Of a stretch of 64,000 nucleotides of DNA, positions 28,732-37,507 are shown piece after piece. The DNA comes from Eubacteriales bacterium (lineage in GTDB: Bacteria > Bacillota > Clostridia > Lachnospirales > JAVBJQ01), in contig JAVBJQ010000002.1 of NCBI GenBank assembly GCA_031546905.1, positions 20,705-84,704 of the forward strand, given 5' to 3'. Both the position numbers and the translations under genes were made by a program. Numbering within the stretch: position 1 is the stretch's first letter; each line of letters begins with the position of its first letter. Under the pieces are notes generated by a model that had not been told where the DNA came from, did no database searches, and worked only from the letters and a program-made list of their open reading frames with translations.

Positions 28732-29493
28732 ATGGATCAAGAAAAAAATATAATCTATGTTTGTGATGACACTTTTGACGGCTTGCTTACAACTGTTTTT
28801 GAATCCTATGCCTCTAAAAAGTTTCCTTATAAAATTGAAACAGCAAATGGGTTTCAGCAAATTTTAGGTTATGAGTATGTTTATATTCAAACGGATGTAG
28901 AAAAATCAAAAAGAGTTTATGAAGGTTTGCGGAAAATAGCAGAAGAGGTTTTGTACAGTTGCTATGTTGCTTTTCTCGCTAGTTTTCATGAAAAGCATAC
29001 ATTTATTTTTAAATATATATGGATGAGTTTTAAAATAGGTAAAAATGTTAATCTACATTTAACAGATGACAACGTAAAAACAGTGTTAAAAATGGTTCGT
29101 TTAGTAGGACGGGATGCCATGCGATATAAAGAATTTGTTCGGTTTAGAGAAATACAAAATGAAATTTATTATGCAGACATATGCCCTGAACATGATATTT
29201 TGGAAGTGATTATACCTCATTTTGTAGATCGATTTGGAGAGCAAAAGTGGGTAATACATGATTTGAAAAGGGACAAGGCTGTGTTTTATAATAAGACAGA
29301 ATACTATATTAGGGATGTTCCTAAAAATATGTCCGCAGAAATAACAAGCCAAGAAGAATATTACCGGGACTTGTGGAAGTTATTTTATAAAACCATTGCA
29401 GTGGAGACGAGAATCGATGTAAACCGTCAAAGAAATTTACTACCCAAAAAATTTAGAAAATACATGACGGAGTTTTTCAGAGACGAAGAATAG
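28732..29493 (+). CDS. DUF4130-type putative DNA metabolism protein (partner of the radical SAM gene; no UDG domain attached)
   Basis: 253-aa ORF 76 nt downstream of the radical-SAM gene, with an AAGGAGAG SD. N-terminus ...YVCDDTFDGLLTTVFESY is as I recall for that family. Confidence 0.65.
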   Translation: MDQEKNIIYVCDDTFDGLLTTVFESYASKKFPYKIETANGFQQILGYEYVYIQTDVEKSKRVYEGLRKIAEEVLYSCYVAFLASFHEKHTFIFKYIWMSFKIGKNVNLHLTDDNVKTVLKMVRLVGRDAMRYKEFVRFREIQNEIYYADICPEHDILEVIIPHFVDRFGEQKWVIHDLKRDKAVFYNKTEYYIRDVPKNMSAEITSQEEYYRDLWKLFYKTIAVETRIDVNRQRNLLPKKFRKYMTEFFRDEE

Positions 29494-29538
29494 ACTAGCA
29501 GTTCTTGCATTTTGCAAGAATCCTAGTCTATTTTAATT
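29491..29538 (+). terminator. Intrinsic terminator after the DUF4130-like gene
   Basis: TAGACTAG..TTCTTGCA-TTT-TGCAAGAA..CTAGTCTA followed by TTTTAATTTT. Confidence 0.7.
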
Positions 29539-29596
29539 TTGAAATCCATATAGTATACGGAACGTTTAATTTTAAAAATGGAGTTGAACTTATCCT

Positions 29597-30295
29597 ATGC
29601 GAAAAAAATTAAATCTCATACTGATTATTGTTCTAGTATATATCGTTACAGATTTATGCTGCTATAAAACATCGTATACACATTTATATTTGGAAGTATT
29701 TAAACAAGTAAGCAAAAATCAATACACTATTCACGTAGACCTTGACGACAACACCATGTACATATTTAAAAATAAAGTTTTAGTTAAAAAATATCCTGTT
29801 TCGGGAGGAAAATCGTCCACACCTTCCCCACTTGGAACGTGGACCATTGTTTCAAAGGATGTGTGGGGGGAAGGTTTTGGGGGTACATGGATGGGCTTTA
29901 ATGTTCCCTGGGGAAAGTTTGGAATTCACGGAACTGACGAACCATGGTCTATTGGAAATGATTTATCTCATGGCTGTATCAGAATGTTTAATAAAGATGC
30001 AGAAGCAGTTAGAAAGCTTATTCCGGTGGGAACAAAGGTTACCATTGTAAAAGGTACCTATGGACCTTTTGGATCTTATTTTAGAGTTCTGAAACCAGGC
30101 TATACCGGTTCGGATGTTTTTGCCATTGAAAAACGACTCCAAAGGTTAGGATATTACAATGGTTGGGTAAAAGGAATTTATGATGATGGGCTAAAAAGTG
30201 CCATTCATAAATTTCAAAAAGCAAAAGGATTGCCAATCAGTGACAGTGTGAATTTAAATACATATAAAGCAATGGGATTTATTCCTTTTGAATAA
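29597..30295 (+). CDS. L,D-transpeptidase (YkuD fold) with a C-terminal peptidoglycan-binding domain
   Basis: Catalytic HGT...SHGCIRM motif, N-terminal anchor, and a C-terminal PG_binding_1-like repeat (LQRLGYYNG...). Confidence 0.9.
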   Translation: MRKKLNLILIIVLVYIVTDLCCYKTSYTHLYLEVFKQVSKNQYTIHVDLDDNTMYIFKNKVLVKKYPVSGGKSSTPSPLGTWTIVSKDVWGEGFGGTWMGFNVPWGKFGIHGTDEPWSIGNDLSHGCIRMFNKDAEAVRKLIPVGTKVTIVKGTYGPFGSYFRVLKPGYTGSDVFAIEKRLQRLGYYNGWVKGIYDDGLKSAIHKFQKAKGLPISDSVNLNTYKAMGFIPFE

Positions 30296-30405
30296 TAAAA
30301 AATAGAAATTGCCTTATGAAAATTTTTGTACAATGCTTCACTTTAAAAAGTATGTATGATATAATGAACCGCTATAAATGATACGCTTTTTAAGGAGGAA
30401 CACCA

Positions 30406-32229
30406 ATGTCTTTACATGGACACGAAAGACAAAGTAAAATACGAAATTTTTGTATAATTGCGCATATAGACCACGGTAAATCTACACTTGCGGATAGATT
30501 AATTCAAAAAACAGGATTGTTAACTCAACGAGAAATGCAGGAGCAAGTGCTTGACAATATGGATTTAGAGCGTGAACGTGGCATAACCATTAAAGCTCAG
30601 GCAGTTCGATTAATTTATAAAGCCAACGATGGAGAAGAATATATTCTAAACTTGATTGACACACCAGGGCATGTTGACTTTAATTATGAGGTTTCAAGAA
30701 GTCTTGCAGCTTGCGAGGGAGCAGTGCTTGTTGTGGATGCTGCCCAAGGCGTTGAAGCGCAAACGTTAGCAAATGTATATTTAGCCCTTGATAGTAACCT
30801 TGAAATCATACCTGTCATTAATAAAATAGATTTGCCAAGTGCTAACCCTGAACACGTAAAAAAGGAAATTGAAGATATAATAGGCATTGTGGCAGAAGAC
30901 GCACCACTTATTTCTGCAAAAGCAGACCTTAATATAGAAGCAGTTTTTGAGAGTATTGTTAAAAATATCCCAGCACCAAAAGGTGATGAGTCGGCTACTC
31001 TAAAAGCTTTAATATTCGATTCTTTTTATGATGCTTACAAAGGTGTTGTTGTTTTTATAAGAGTTGTAGATGGAACAATCGAAAAAGGTAAAAAAATTCT
31101 CTTTATGGCAACAAATAAAGAATTTGAAGTAGTGGACGTTGGTGTTTTTGGTCCTGGAAGATTTTTGCCTGTGGAGCAATTAAAAGCAGGTGAAGTTGGA
31201 TATTTTGTCGCAAGTATTAAAAATGTTCGTGATACAACCATTGGTGATACGGTTACAGAGGCCGAAAACCCAACAAAAGAGCCATTTTCTGGTTATAAAA
31301 AAGTAAACCCTATGGTTTATTGTGGTATTTTTCCAGCGGATGGTTCTAAATATCCAGATTTAAGGGACTCCCTTGATAAATTAAAACTAAATGATGCTTC
31401 TTTATTTTTTGAGCCTGAATCTTCCATTGCATTAGGATTTGGCTTCCGTTGTGGATTTTTAGGACTGCTTCATCTTGAAATTATTCAAGAAAGACTGGAA
31501 AGGGAATATAACCTAGACATTGTTACCACTGCGCCTAGTGTTATTTACAAAATTTATAAAACAGATAATGAACTTATCCAACTTTCTAATCCAAGTAATA
31601 TGCCAGATGTTACTCAAATTTCAAAAATGGAAGAGCCAATTGTAAAAGCAGAAATTATACTTCCCACAGAATATATTGGCGCCATTATGGAACTTTGTCA
31701 ACAACGTCGTGGGGAATATATTGGAATGGAATATATAGAAGAAACAAGAGCGGTTTTAACATATGAAATTCCGTTAAATGAAATTATTTATGACTTCTTT
31801 GATGTTTTAAAATCAAGGAGCAGAGGGTACGCATCTTTTGATTATGAGGTTATTGGCTATCGAGAATCTGAATTAGTGAAGCTTGATATTTTGGTAAACA
31901 GAGAAGTGGTAGATGCTTTGTCTTTCATCGTTCACCAATCTACAGCGTATGAACGTGGGAGAAAAATAGCAGAAAAACTGAAAAAAGAAATTCCAAGGCA
32001 TCTTTTTGAGATTCCTATTCAAGCAAGCGTCGGAAGCAAAATAATTGCAAGGGAGACCGTCAGTGCAATGCGTAAAGACGTTCTTGCTAAATGTTATGGT
32101 GGCGACATTACACGTAAGAAAAAACTGCTTGAAAAACAAAAAGAAGGAAAGAAAAGAATGAGACAAATCGGCAACATAGAAGTTCCGCAGGCAGCTTTTA
32201 TGAGTGTGCTGAAATTAGATGAAGAATAA
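30406..32229 (+). CDS. lepA: Translation elongation factor 4 (LepA)
   Basis: [33 protein letters not shown] and the LepA-specific C-terminal domain. Confidence 0.98.
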   Translation: MSLHGHERQSKIRNFCIIAHIDHGKSTLADRLIQKTGLLTQREMQEQVLDNMDLERERGITIKAQAVRLIYKANDGEEYILNLIDTPGHVDFNYEVSRSLAACEGAVLVVDAAQGVEAQTLANVYLALDSNLEIIPVINKIDLPSANPEHVKKEIEDIIGIVAEDAPLISAKADLNIEAVFESIVKNIPAPKGDESATLKALIFDSFYDAYKGVVVFIRVVDGTIEKGKKILFMATNKEFEVVDVGVFGPGRFLPVEQLKAGEVGYFVASIKNVRDTTIGDTVTEAENPTKEPFSGYKKVNPMVYCGIFPADGSKYPDLRDSLDKLKLNDASLFFEPESSIALGFGFRCGFLGLLHLEIIQERLEREYNLDIVTTAPSVIYKIYKTDNELIQLSNPSNMPDVTQISKMEEPIVKAEIILPTEYIGAIMELCQQRRGEYIGMEYIEETRAVLTYEIPLNEIIYDFFDVLKSRSRGYASFDYEVIGYRESELVKLDILVNREVVDALSFIVHQSTAYERGRKIAEKLKKEIPRHLFEIPIQASVGSKIIARETVSAMRKDVLAKCYGGDITRKKKLLEKQKEGKKRMRQIGNIEVPQAAFMSVLKLDEE

Positions 32230-32241
32230 AAGAGGATAAAA

Positions 32242-33354
32242 ATGAAAGAAGTTAGTTTATACATTCATATTCCATTTTGTAAATCGAAATGTTTGTATTG
32301 TGATTTTTTGTCGTTTTCGAATTCCGAAGATACTTTTTTAGCTTATAAAAATGCTTTAGTAGAAGAAATAAAAAGTTTAAAAAAGTATGGTCAACTTAAA
32401 ATAAGAAGTATATTTATAGGTGGAGGAACCCCAACAGTTCTTCCACCTTCTTATATAAAAGAGATCATGGAAGAAATTGACAAAGTTTTTACAATAGATA
32501 AAAATATAGAAATAACCATGGAATCAAACCCAGGAACAGTAACGTTGGAAGGGTTAAAAATAGTAAAAGCTTCAGGCATCAACAGAATAAGCATGGGACT
32601 TCAAGCATGGCAAAATGATTTGTTAAAAACCTTGGGAAGAATACACACCAATGAGGAGTTTTTGGAAAGTTATGATAATGTTGTGAAAGCAGGCTTTCAG
32701 AATATCAATGTTGACTTAATGTTTTCACTGCCGAAACAAACAATTTCTATGTGGGAAGAAACCATTCATCACGTTGTAGCCTTAAAACCAAGTCATATTT
32801 CTGCTTACAGTCTTATTATTGAAGAAGGAACTCCTTTTGCAAAAATGTATAATGAAAAAAATACTCCTAGCGAAGAGATGGACAGAGATATGTATGATAT
32901 GGTGAAAAACATTTTGAAAGGTGCTGGATACGGTCATTATGAAATATCCAACTTTGCCATACACGGAAAAGAAAGCAGACATAACTTAGTATATTGGCAA
33001 AGAGAAGAATATATTGGTTTGGGGCTTTCCGCACATTCTTTTTTTAATCACAAACGGTTTCATAACACATCTTCTATGGAAGAGTATATAAATAAAAAAA
33101 TAAGTATGGTACACTCAGAAACCATTTCAGAAAAAGATGCCTATGGTGAATTTATGTTTTTGGGGTTGCGATTAGTAGAGGGTATCCGAAAAAGTAATTT
33201 TAAAAAATCCTTTAATAAAGATATTGATGAAATTTATGGAACAGAAATCAGCAAGCTACAACAGGAAAATTTGCTTGCTGTTTCTAGTGATACCATAAGG
33301 TTAACAGAAAGAGGAATCGATGTTTCTAACTATGTTTTTGAAAAATTTATTTGA
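32242..33354 (+). CDS. hemW: Radical SAM heme chaperone HemW (HemN-like, oxygen-independent coproporphyrinogen oxidase family)
   Basis: HIPFCKSKCLYCDF cluster motif and its position directly after lepA. Confidence 0.88.
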   Translation: MKEVSLYIHIPFCKSKCLYCDFLSFSNSEDTFLAYKNALVEEIKSLKKYGQLKIRSIFIGGGTPTVLPPSYIKEIMEEIDKVFTIDKNIEITMESNPGTVTLEGLKIVKASGINRISMGLQAWQNDLLKTLGRIHTNEEFLESYDNVVKAGFQNINVDLMFSLPKQTISMWEETIHHVVALKPSHISAYSLIIEEGTPFAKMYNEKNTPSEEMDRDMYDMVKNILKGAGYGHYEISNFAIHGKESRHNLVYWQREEYIGLGLSAHSFFNHKRFHNTSSMEEYINKKISMVHSETISEKDAYGEFMFLGLRLVEGIRKSNFKKSFNKDIDEIYGTEISKLQQENLLAVSSDTIRLTERGIDVSNYVFEKFI

Positions 33355-33403
33355 TAGAATAGTGCAAAAGTCGAGTCAATATGGTATAGTGTTAAAATAA
33401 AAT

Positions 33404-33457
33404 TTTTAGTGAGGTTTAACAAATAAAGCTGTTATGGATAATAGTAGAAGTTAAACC
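33404..33457 (+). promoter_or_regulatory. Conserved leader motif, copy E (nfnA leader)
   Basis: TTTTAGTGAGGTTTAACAAAT, 25 nt, GTTAAACC. The arms GGTTTAAC/GTTAAACC are 8-bp complementary. The SD GGGGGA begins 8 nt after the motif. Confidence 0.35.
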
Positions 33458-33479
33458 ATACAAATGGGGGATCATCGGT

Positions 33480-34307
33480 ATGTATAAAATTGTTTCGAAA
33501 CGAAAGTTAAATTCTCTTGTTGAAGAAATGGAAATTGAAGCTCCTTTTGTTTCACGAAAATGTGAAGCAGGGCAGTTTGTTATTCTGCGTGTTGACGACG
33601 TGGGTGAAAGAATTCCGTTGACAATTGCAGACTTTGATAGAGAAAAAAATACAATTAAAATTATATATCAAAAGCTTGGTTATTCAACACAAAAGTTAGC
33701 TGAAAAAGAAGCCGGTGAATCTATTCTTGATTTCCTTGGACCCCTTGGTCAACCTATTCACCCCAAAAAACATAAAAGAGTGTTAGGGATTGGCGGAGGC
33801 GTGGGAGCAGCCCCTCTTTACCCTCAACTTAGAAAATTAAATGAACTTGGCGCAACTGTTGATGTTATTTTAGGAGGACGTTCAGAAGAATTTGTTATTC
33901 TTTCTGATGAATTTTCTTCGTTTGCTGAAAATATTTATGTTGCTACCAATGATGGTAGCAGAGGCGTACAAGGTTTTGTGACGGATATTTTAAACAAACT
34001 TATCAGTGATGGCGTGGAATATGACGAAGTTGTTGCCATTGGACCACTTATTATGATGAAAGCAGTTTGTGAAATAACTAAAAAATTGAATATACCAACC
34101 AGTGTTTCCTTAAATCCAATTATGATTGATGGAACAGGAATGTGTGGTTGTTGCCGTGTTACTGTTGGAGGTGAAACAAAGTTTGCCTGTGTAGATGGGC
34201 CAGATTTTGATGGATTCCTAGTAGATTTTGATGAATGTATGAGACGTCAAATGATGTATAGACATGAAGAAGGTCACATTTGTAAAGTGGGATTGGGGGA
34301 TAAATGA
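33480..34307 (+). CDS. nfnA: FAD/NAD(P)-binding, [2Fe-2S] oxidoreductase subunit (PyrK/SudB-like); probable NfnA
   Basis: Ferredoxin-reductase-type fold (RIPLTIAD, GIGGGVGAAP) with a C-terminal CGCCRV...C cluster. ATGA overlap with the next gene. Confidence 0.75.
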   Translation: MYKIVSKRKLNSLVEEMEIEAPFVSRKCEAGQFVILRVDDVGERIPLTIADFDREKNTIKIIYQKLGYSTQKLAEKEAGESILDFLGPLGQPIHPKKHKRVLGIGGGVGAAPLYPQLRKLNELGATVDVILGGRSEEFVILSDEFSSFAENIYVATNDGSRGVQGFVTDILNKLISDGVEYDEVVAIGPLIMMKAVCEITKKLNIPTSVSLNPIMIDGTGMCGCCRVTVGGETKFACVDGPDFDGFLVDFDECMRRQMMYRHEEGHICKVGLGDK

Positions 34308-35680
34308 TGCTTACTAAAATACCGATGCCTGAGCAACCTGCAAAAGAACGGGCGAGAAATTTTAAGGAAGTAACACTGGGATACACTGAACAAAATGCAG
34401 TTGATGAAGCCAAAAGGTGTTTGAACTGTAAAACAAAACCATGTGTAAATGGTTGCCCTGTTAATGTTCCGATACCAGAATTTATTCAAAAAATTGAGCA
34501 ACATGATTTTTTAGGTGCTTACCATGTGATTAAACAAGAAAATAGTTTTCCTGCAATGTGTGGTCGCGTTTGTCCACAAGAAACCCAATGTGAACAAAAA
34601 TGTGTTAGAGCCATCAAAGGTGAATCTGTTGCAATTGGTAGATTAGAAAGATTTGTGGCAGACTTTTATATGGAAAACCAAAAAGAAGCTGAATCAGTAG
34701 ACATTCAAAAAAATGGAGTAAAAGTTGCTGTTATCGGAGCAGGTCCAGCGGGACTTTCTTGTGCTGGTGATCTGATAAAGCTTGGTTACGATGTAACTAT
34801 TTTTGAAGCCCTCCACGTTTTGGGCGGTGTTTTAATGTATGGTATACCAGAATTTAGACTTCCCAAGGGCCTTGTAGAAAAAGAAATTGAAAGTATTATA
34901 AAATTAGGTGTTAAAATCGAGAAAAATGTAATTATAGGACGTTCTGTTACGATTGATGAACTTTTTTCTGATGGATATAAAGCGGTGTTTATTGGAAGTG
35001 GTGCTGGACTTCCTAATTTTATGGGAATTGAAGGGGAAAATTTAAATGGCGTTTATTCTGCCAATGAATTTTTAACTCGTTCTAATTTAATGAAAGCTTA
35101 TGATTTTCCTAACAATGTGACACCAATTCGAACAGGAAATAAAGTAGCAGTTATTGGTGGTGGCAATGTAGCCATGGACGCAGCCAGAACTGCATTACGA
35201 TTAGGTGCGGAAGAAGTTTTTATTGTGTATAGACGTGGCGAGGAAGAACTTCCAGCCAGACTAGAAGAAATTCATCACGCAAAAGAAGAAGGTATTATTT
35301 TTAAACTGCTTACAAATCCTAAAAAAATTGTAGGAGAAAACGGCTGGGTAAAAGCCATGGAATGTGTTGAAATGACATTAGGGGAGCCAGACAAATCAGG
35401 CAGAAGACGTCCCATTGAAAAAGAAAACAGCACTTTTGCCTTAGAGGTGGAAACTGTTATTGTTGCCATTGGGCAAACCCCAAATCCACTTATTAAAAAA
35501 ACAACAAGCGGAATTGAAACACATACGTGGGGTGGAATTATTGTAGAAGAAGAAACCATGCAAACAACACAAGATTATGTGTATGCTGGTGGTGATGCTG
35601 TAACAGGTGCAGCTACGGTAATTCTTGCCATGGGTGCTGGAAAAACAGCAGCGGCATCCATTCATAAACAGCTTTCATAA
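34304..35680 (+). CDS. nfnB: GltD-like NADPH-dependent oxidoreductase subunit (glutamate synthase small-chain family); probable NfnB
   Basis: Two N-terminal Cys clusters (CLNCK..C..GCP; CGRVCPQE) and two dinucleotide-binding motifs (VIGAGPAGL, VIGGGNVAMD). Confidence 0.82.
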   Translation: MMLTKIPMPEQPAKERARNFKEVTLGYTEQNAVDEAKRCLNCKTKPCVNGCPVNVPIPEFIQKIEQHDFLGAYHVIKQENSFPAMCGRVCPQETQCEQKCVRAIKGESVAIGRLERFVADFYMENQKEAESVDIQKNGVKVAVIGAGPAGLSCAGDLIKLGYDVTIFEALHVLGGVLMYGIPEFRLPKGLVEKEIESIIKLGVKIEKNVIIGRSVTIDELFSDGYKAVFIGSGAGLPNFMGIEGENLNGVYSANEFLTRSNLMKAYDFPNNVTPIRTGNKVAVIGGGNVAMDAARTALRLGAEEVFIVYRRGEEELPARLEEIHHAKEEGIIFKLLTNPKKIVGENGWVKAMECVEMTLGEPDKSGRRRPIEKENSTFALEVETVIVAIGQTPNPLIKKTTSGIETHTWGGIIVEEETMQTTQDYVYAGGDAVTGAATVILAMGAGKTAAASIHKQLS

Positions 35681-35688
35681 ATAAAAAT

Positions 35689-35727
35689 AAAATAGAAGGA
35701 GTTGATTCCTTCTATTTTATTTTTTTA
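35689..35727 (+). terminator. Intrinsic terminator after nfnB
   Basis: AAAATAGAAGGA-GTTGAT-TCCTTCTATTTT followed by a T-run. Confidence 0.82.
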
Positions 35728-35801
35728 CATATTTTACCAAAAATATCTTTACAAATCATACAATTAATTATATAATTTGTAAAATAATGGGAGGTAATTT
35801 T

Positions 35802-36479
35802 ATGGATAATACAAATAATGAAGTAAAAGATTCTTTTGAACAATTAGCAGCTACCATGGCGCATGAAATTAAAAATCCACTGGCTTTAATAAAAGCAAAT
35901 GTTGACCTTTTGGAATTTGACGACAAATCAGAATTTCATAAAAAAAGTTTTGAAGTTATGCGTAGAGAAATAAGTAAAATTAATGAAATGATATTGGACT
36001 TTATTAATAATGTGAGAGATGACAGTTTTGAAAAAATAAACATAGGCCACTTGCTACGGGATGTGACTGAAGAATTTAAAACCCTTGCCAAAATAAAAGA
36101 GATTACCGTGATAGAGAAAATAGAAAATAAAAAATTAACAATTTTAGGTGCAGAAGAAAAAATAAGGCGAGTTCTATTAAATATTTTAAAAAATGCTTAT
36201 GATGCAGTTTCAGAAGGTGGAACAATTGAAGTCACTGCCTATGAATTTATTGATTATATAAAAATTGAAATTAAAGACGATGGAATTGGAATGAACGAAG
36301 AAATTTTAAAAATGGCAGGCTCTCCATTTTTTACAACAAAGGAAGGGGGAAGTGGTTTAGGAATTTCTATTTGTAAAAAAATAATTGAAGAGCATGGAGG
36401 TATTTTTAATATAACAGGCAAACCAAACGAAGGTTGCAGTGTTGTCCTCCTCATAAAAAAATCACGCATAGAGTCATAA
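35802..36479 (+). CDS. Small soluble histidine kinase core (DHp + HATPase_c only); no sensor domain and no adjacent response regulator
   Basis: H-box MAHEIKNPL; N, G1 and G2 boxes (NILKNAYDA, DDGIGM, GGSGLGISI). Start moved to ATG 35802, after GGAGG. Confidence 0.8.
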   Translation: MDNTNNEVKDSFEQLAATMAHEIKNPLALIKANVDLLEFDDKSEFHKKSFEVMRREISKINEMILDFINNVRDDSFEKINIGHLLRDVTEEFKTLAKIKEITVIEKIENKKLTILGAEEKIRRVLLNILKNAYDAVSEGGTIEVTAYEFIDYIKIEIKDDGIGMNEEILKMAGSPFFTTKEGGSGLGISICKKIIEEHGGIFNITGKPNEGCSVVLLIKKSRIES

Positions 36480-36497
36480 CTTTATGCGTGATTTTTG
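36458..36497 (+). terminator. Intrinsic terminator overlapping the 3' end of the orphan histidine kinase gene
   Basis: AATCACGCATA / TATGCGTGATT stem with a 12-nt loop, followed by TTTTT. Confidence 0.72.
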
Positions 36498-36517
36498 ATT
36501 GTAGCGTAAAATTGAAT

Positions 36518-37357
36518 TTAACGGTATTTTGCATATAAATAACTAAATTTGGTTGCATGACATTGTTCATCGGTTAAAATTTCGTAAATCATATCACGAA
36601 TTTCAATATTTAAAAATGAGAAATATATTTTTCGATAAAATGCTATACCAGAAAGTACTTTAAACATACTCTTTTCAAGTTCCAGCGCAACATTATCAGA
36701 CGTTCTTTCAGGATTTATTTTTGGGCAAGCCTTTTTACCAGTTAAATTGAAATAAATTTCTTGAAGAAGTTTGGCGTGTTTTAGTTCGTCCATTCGAATG
36801 TGTCTTACGATTTCTTGGTCACCTTTTTGAGTTAGTAAATTACAAAGGTTGCTACAATATTCTGCATCTTCCATTTCATCTTTAATCGCTTCTAACAGCA
36901 TGTCAAGAAGTTTCTCGTCAGGCTTTGCAGGCATGAAGTTTTTTGGTGGAACACATGGCATCTCATTGCACGGTTTCTCATTACTAGGCGGAAACACCGG
37001 CATTTGGTTCACAGGAGGTGGAGTTGGCATAGGTTCACTAGGTGGAAATACCGGCATCTGATTCACAGGAGGTGGAGTCGGTATAGGTTCACTAGGCGGA
37101 AACACCGGCATCTGGTTTACGGGAGGTGGAGTCGGTGTTGGGTTGCTAGGTGGAAACGTTGGCATTTGATTATTCGGTGGAACGCTGGGTCTTGGTCTTG
37201 GTGTTGGTCTTGGTCTACTTGGCGGAAAAGATGGATTTATGTTTATAGGACTGGTACTAGGACTGGGACTGGTACTGGGAGCGGGTCTTTTTGCGCCTTC
37301 ACGTTCACTTTCAAAACGTTCGTTATCTTCATCACTTTCAAAATTATAAGGATACAT
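36518..37357 (-). CDS. Proline-rich repeat protein with a C-terminal ferritin-like (ExxH x2) four-helix-bundle domain; probable spore-coat component
   Basis: AAAGGAGAA SD. N-terminal half holds ~3.7 copies of an 18-aa PPVNQMPVFPPSEPxPTP unit. C-terminal half carries DELKH and DEQCH motifs typical of diiron ferritin-like folds. Confidence 0.7.
   Translation of the reverse strand: MYPYNFESDEDNERFESEREGAKRPAPSTSPSPSTSPININPSFPPSRPRPTPRPRPSVPPNNQMPTFPPSNPTPTPPPVNQMPVFPPSEPIPTPPPVNQMPVFPPSEPMPTPPPVNQMPVFPPSNEKPCNEMPCVPPKNFMPAKPDEKLLDMLLEAIKDEMEDAEYCSNLCNLLTQKGDQEIVRHIRMDELKHAKLLQEIYFNLTGKKACPKINPERTSDNVALELEKSMFKVLSGIAFYRKIYFSFLNIEIRDMIYEILTDEQCHATKFSYLYAKYR
36965..37180 (-). repeat. In-frame 54-bp tandem repeat (~3.7 copies) encoding the 18-aa PPVNQMPVFPPSEPxPTP unit
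   Basis: Direct reading: GGCGGAAACACCGGCATTTGGTTCACAGGAGGTGGAGTTGGCATAGGTTCACTA recurs with a few substitutions. It is locally GC-rich compared with its surroundings. Confidence 0.85.
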
Positions 37358-37393
37358 TACGGTTCTCCTTTCATGTGGCTATAATAATCAATA

Positions 37394-37420
37394 TAGTATA
37401 TGTTTGTGAATGTAGTTTGT
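37394..37420 (-). promoter_or_regulatory. SigmaK-like (late mother-cell) promoter of the proline-rich ferritin-like gene
   Basis: Minus strand reads AC-N16-CATATACTA, matching the Bacillus sigmaK consensus AC-N16/17-CATAnnnTA. About 35 nt upstream of the SD. Confidence 0.4.
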
Positions 37421-37507
37421 GAACTAAATTTTTCAAAAAGCTATGGTATAACAAAATGAGAGATTGTAAATAATAGGCTTATAATAATTTGAAGAAGGAG
37501 TGGTTAG

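Noticed and set aside
37004-37384. 126-aa plus-strand ORF rich in R/W/H repeats (and 36849-37061)
   Set aside because: It is the antisense reading of the 54-bp proline-codon tandem repeat. The periodic RW motif simply mirrors the CCN codons. It has no SD, and it overlaps the real gene's start region.
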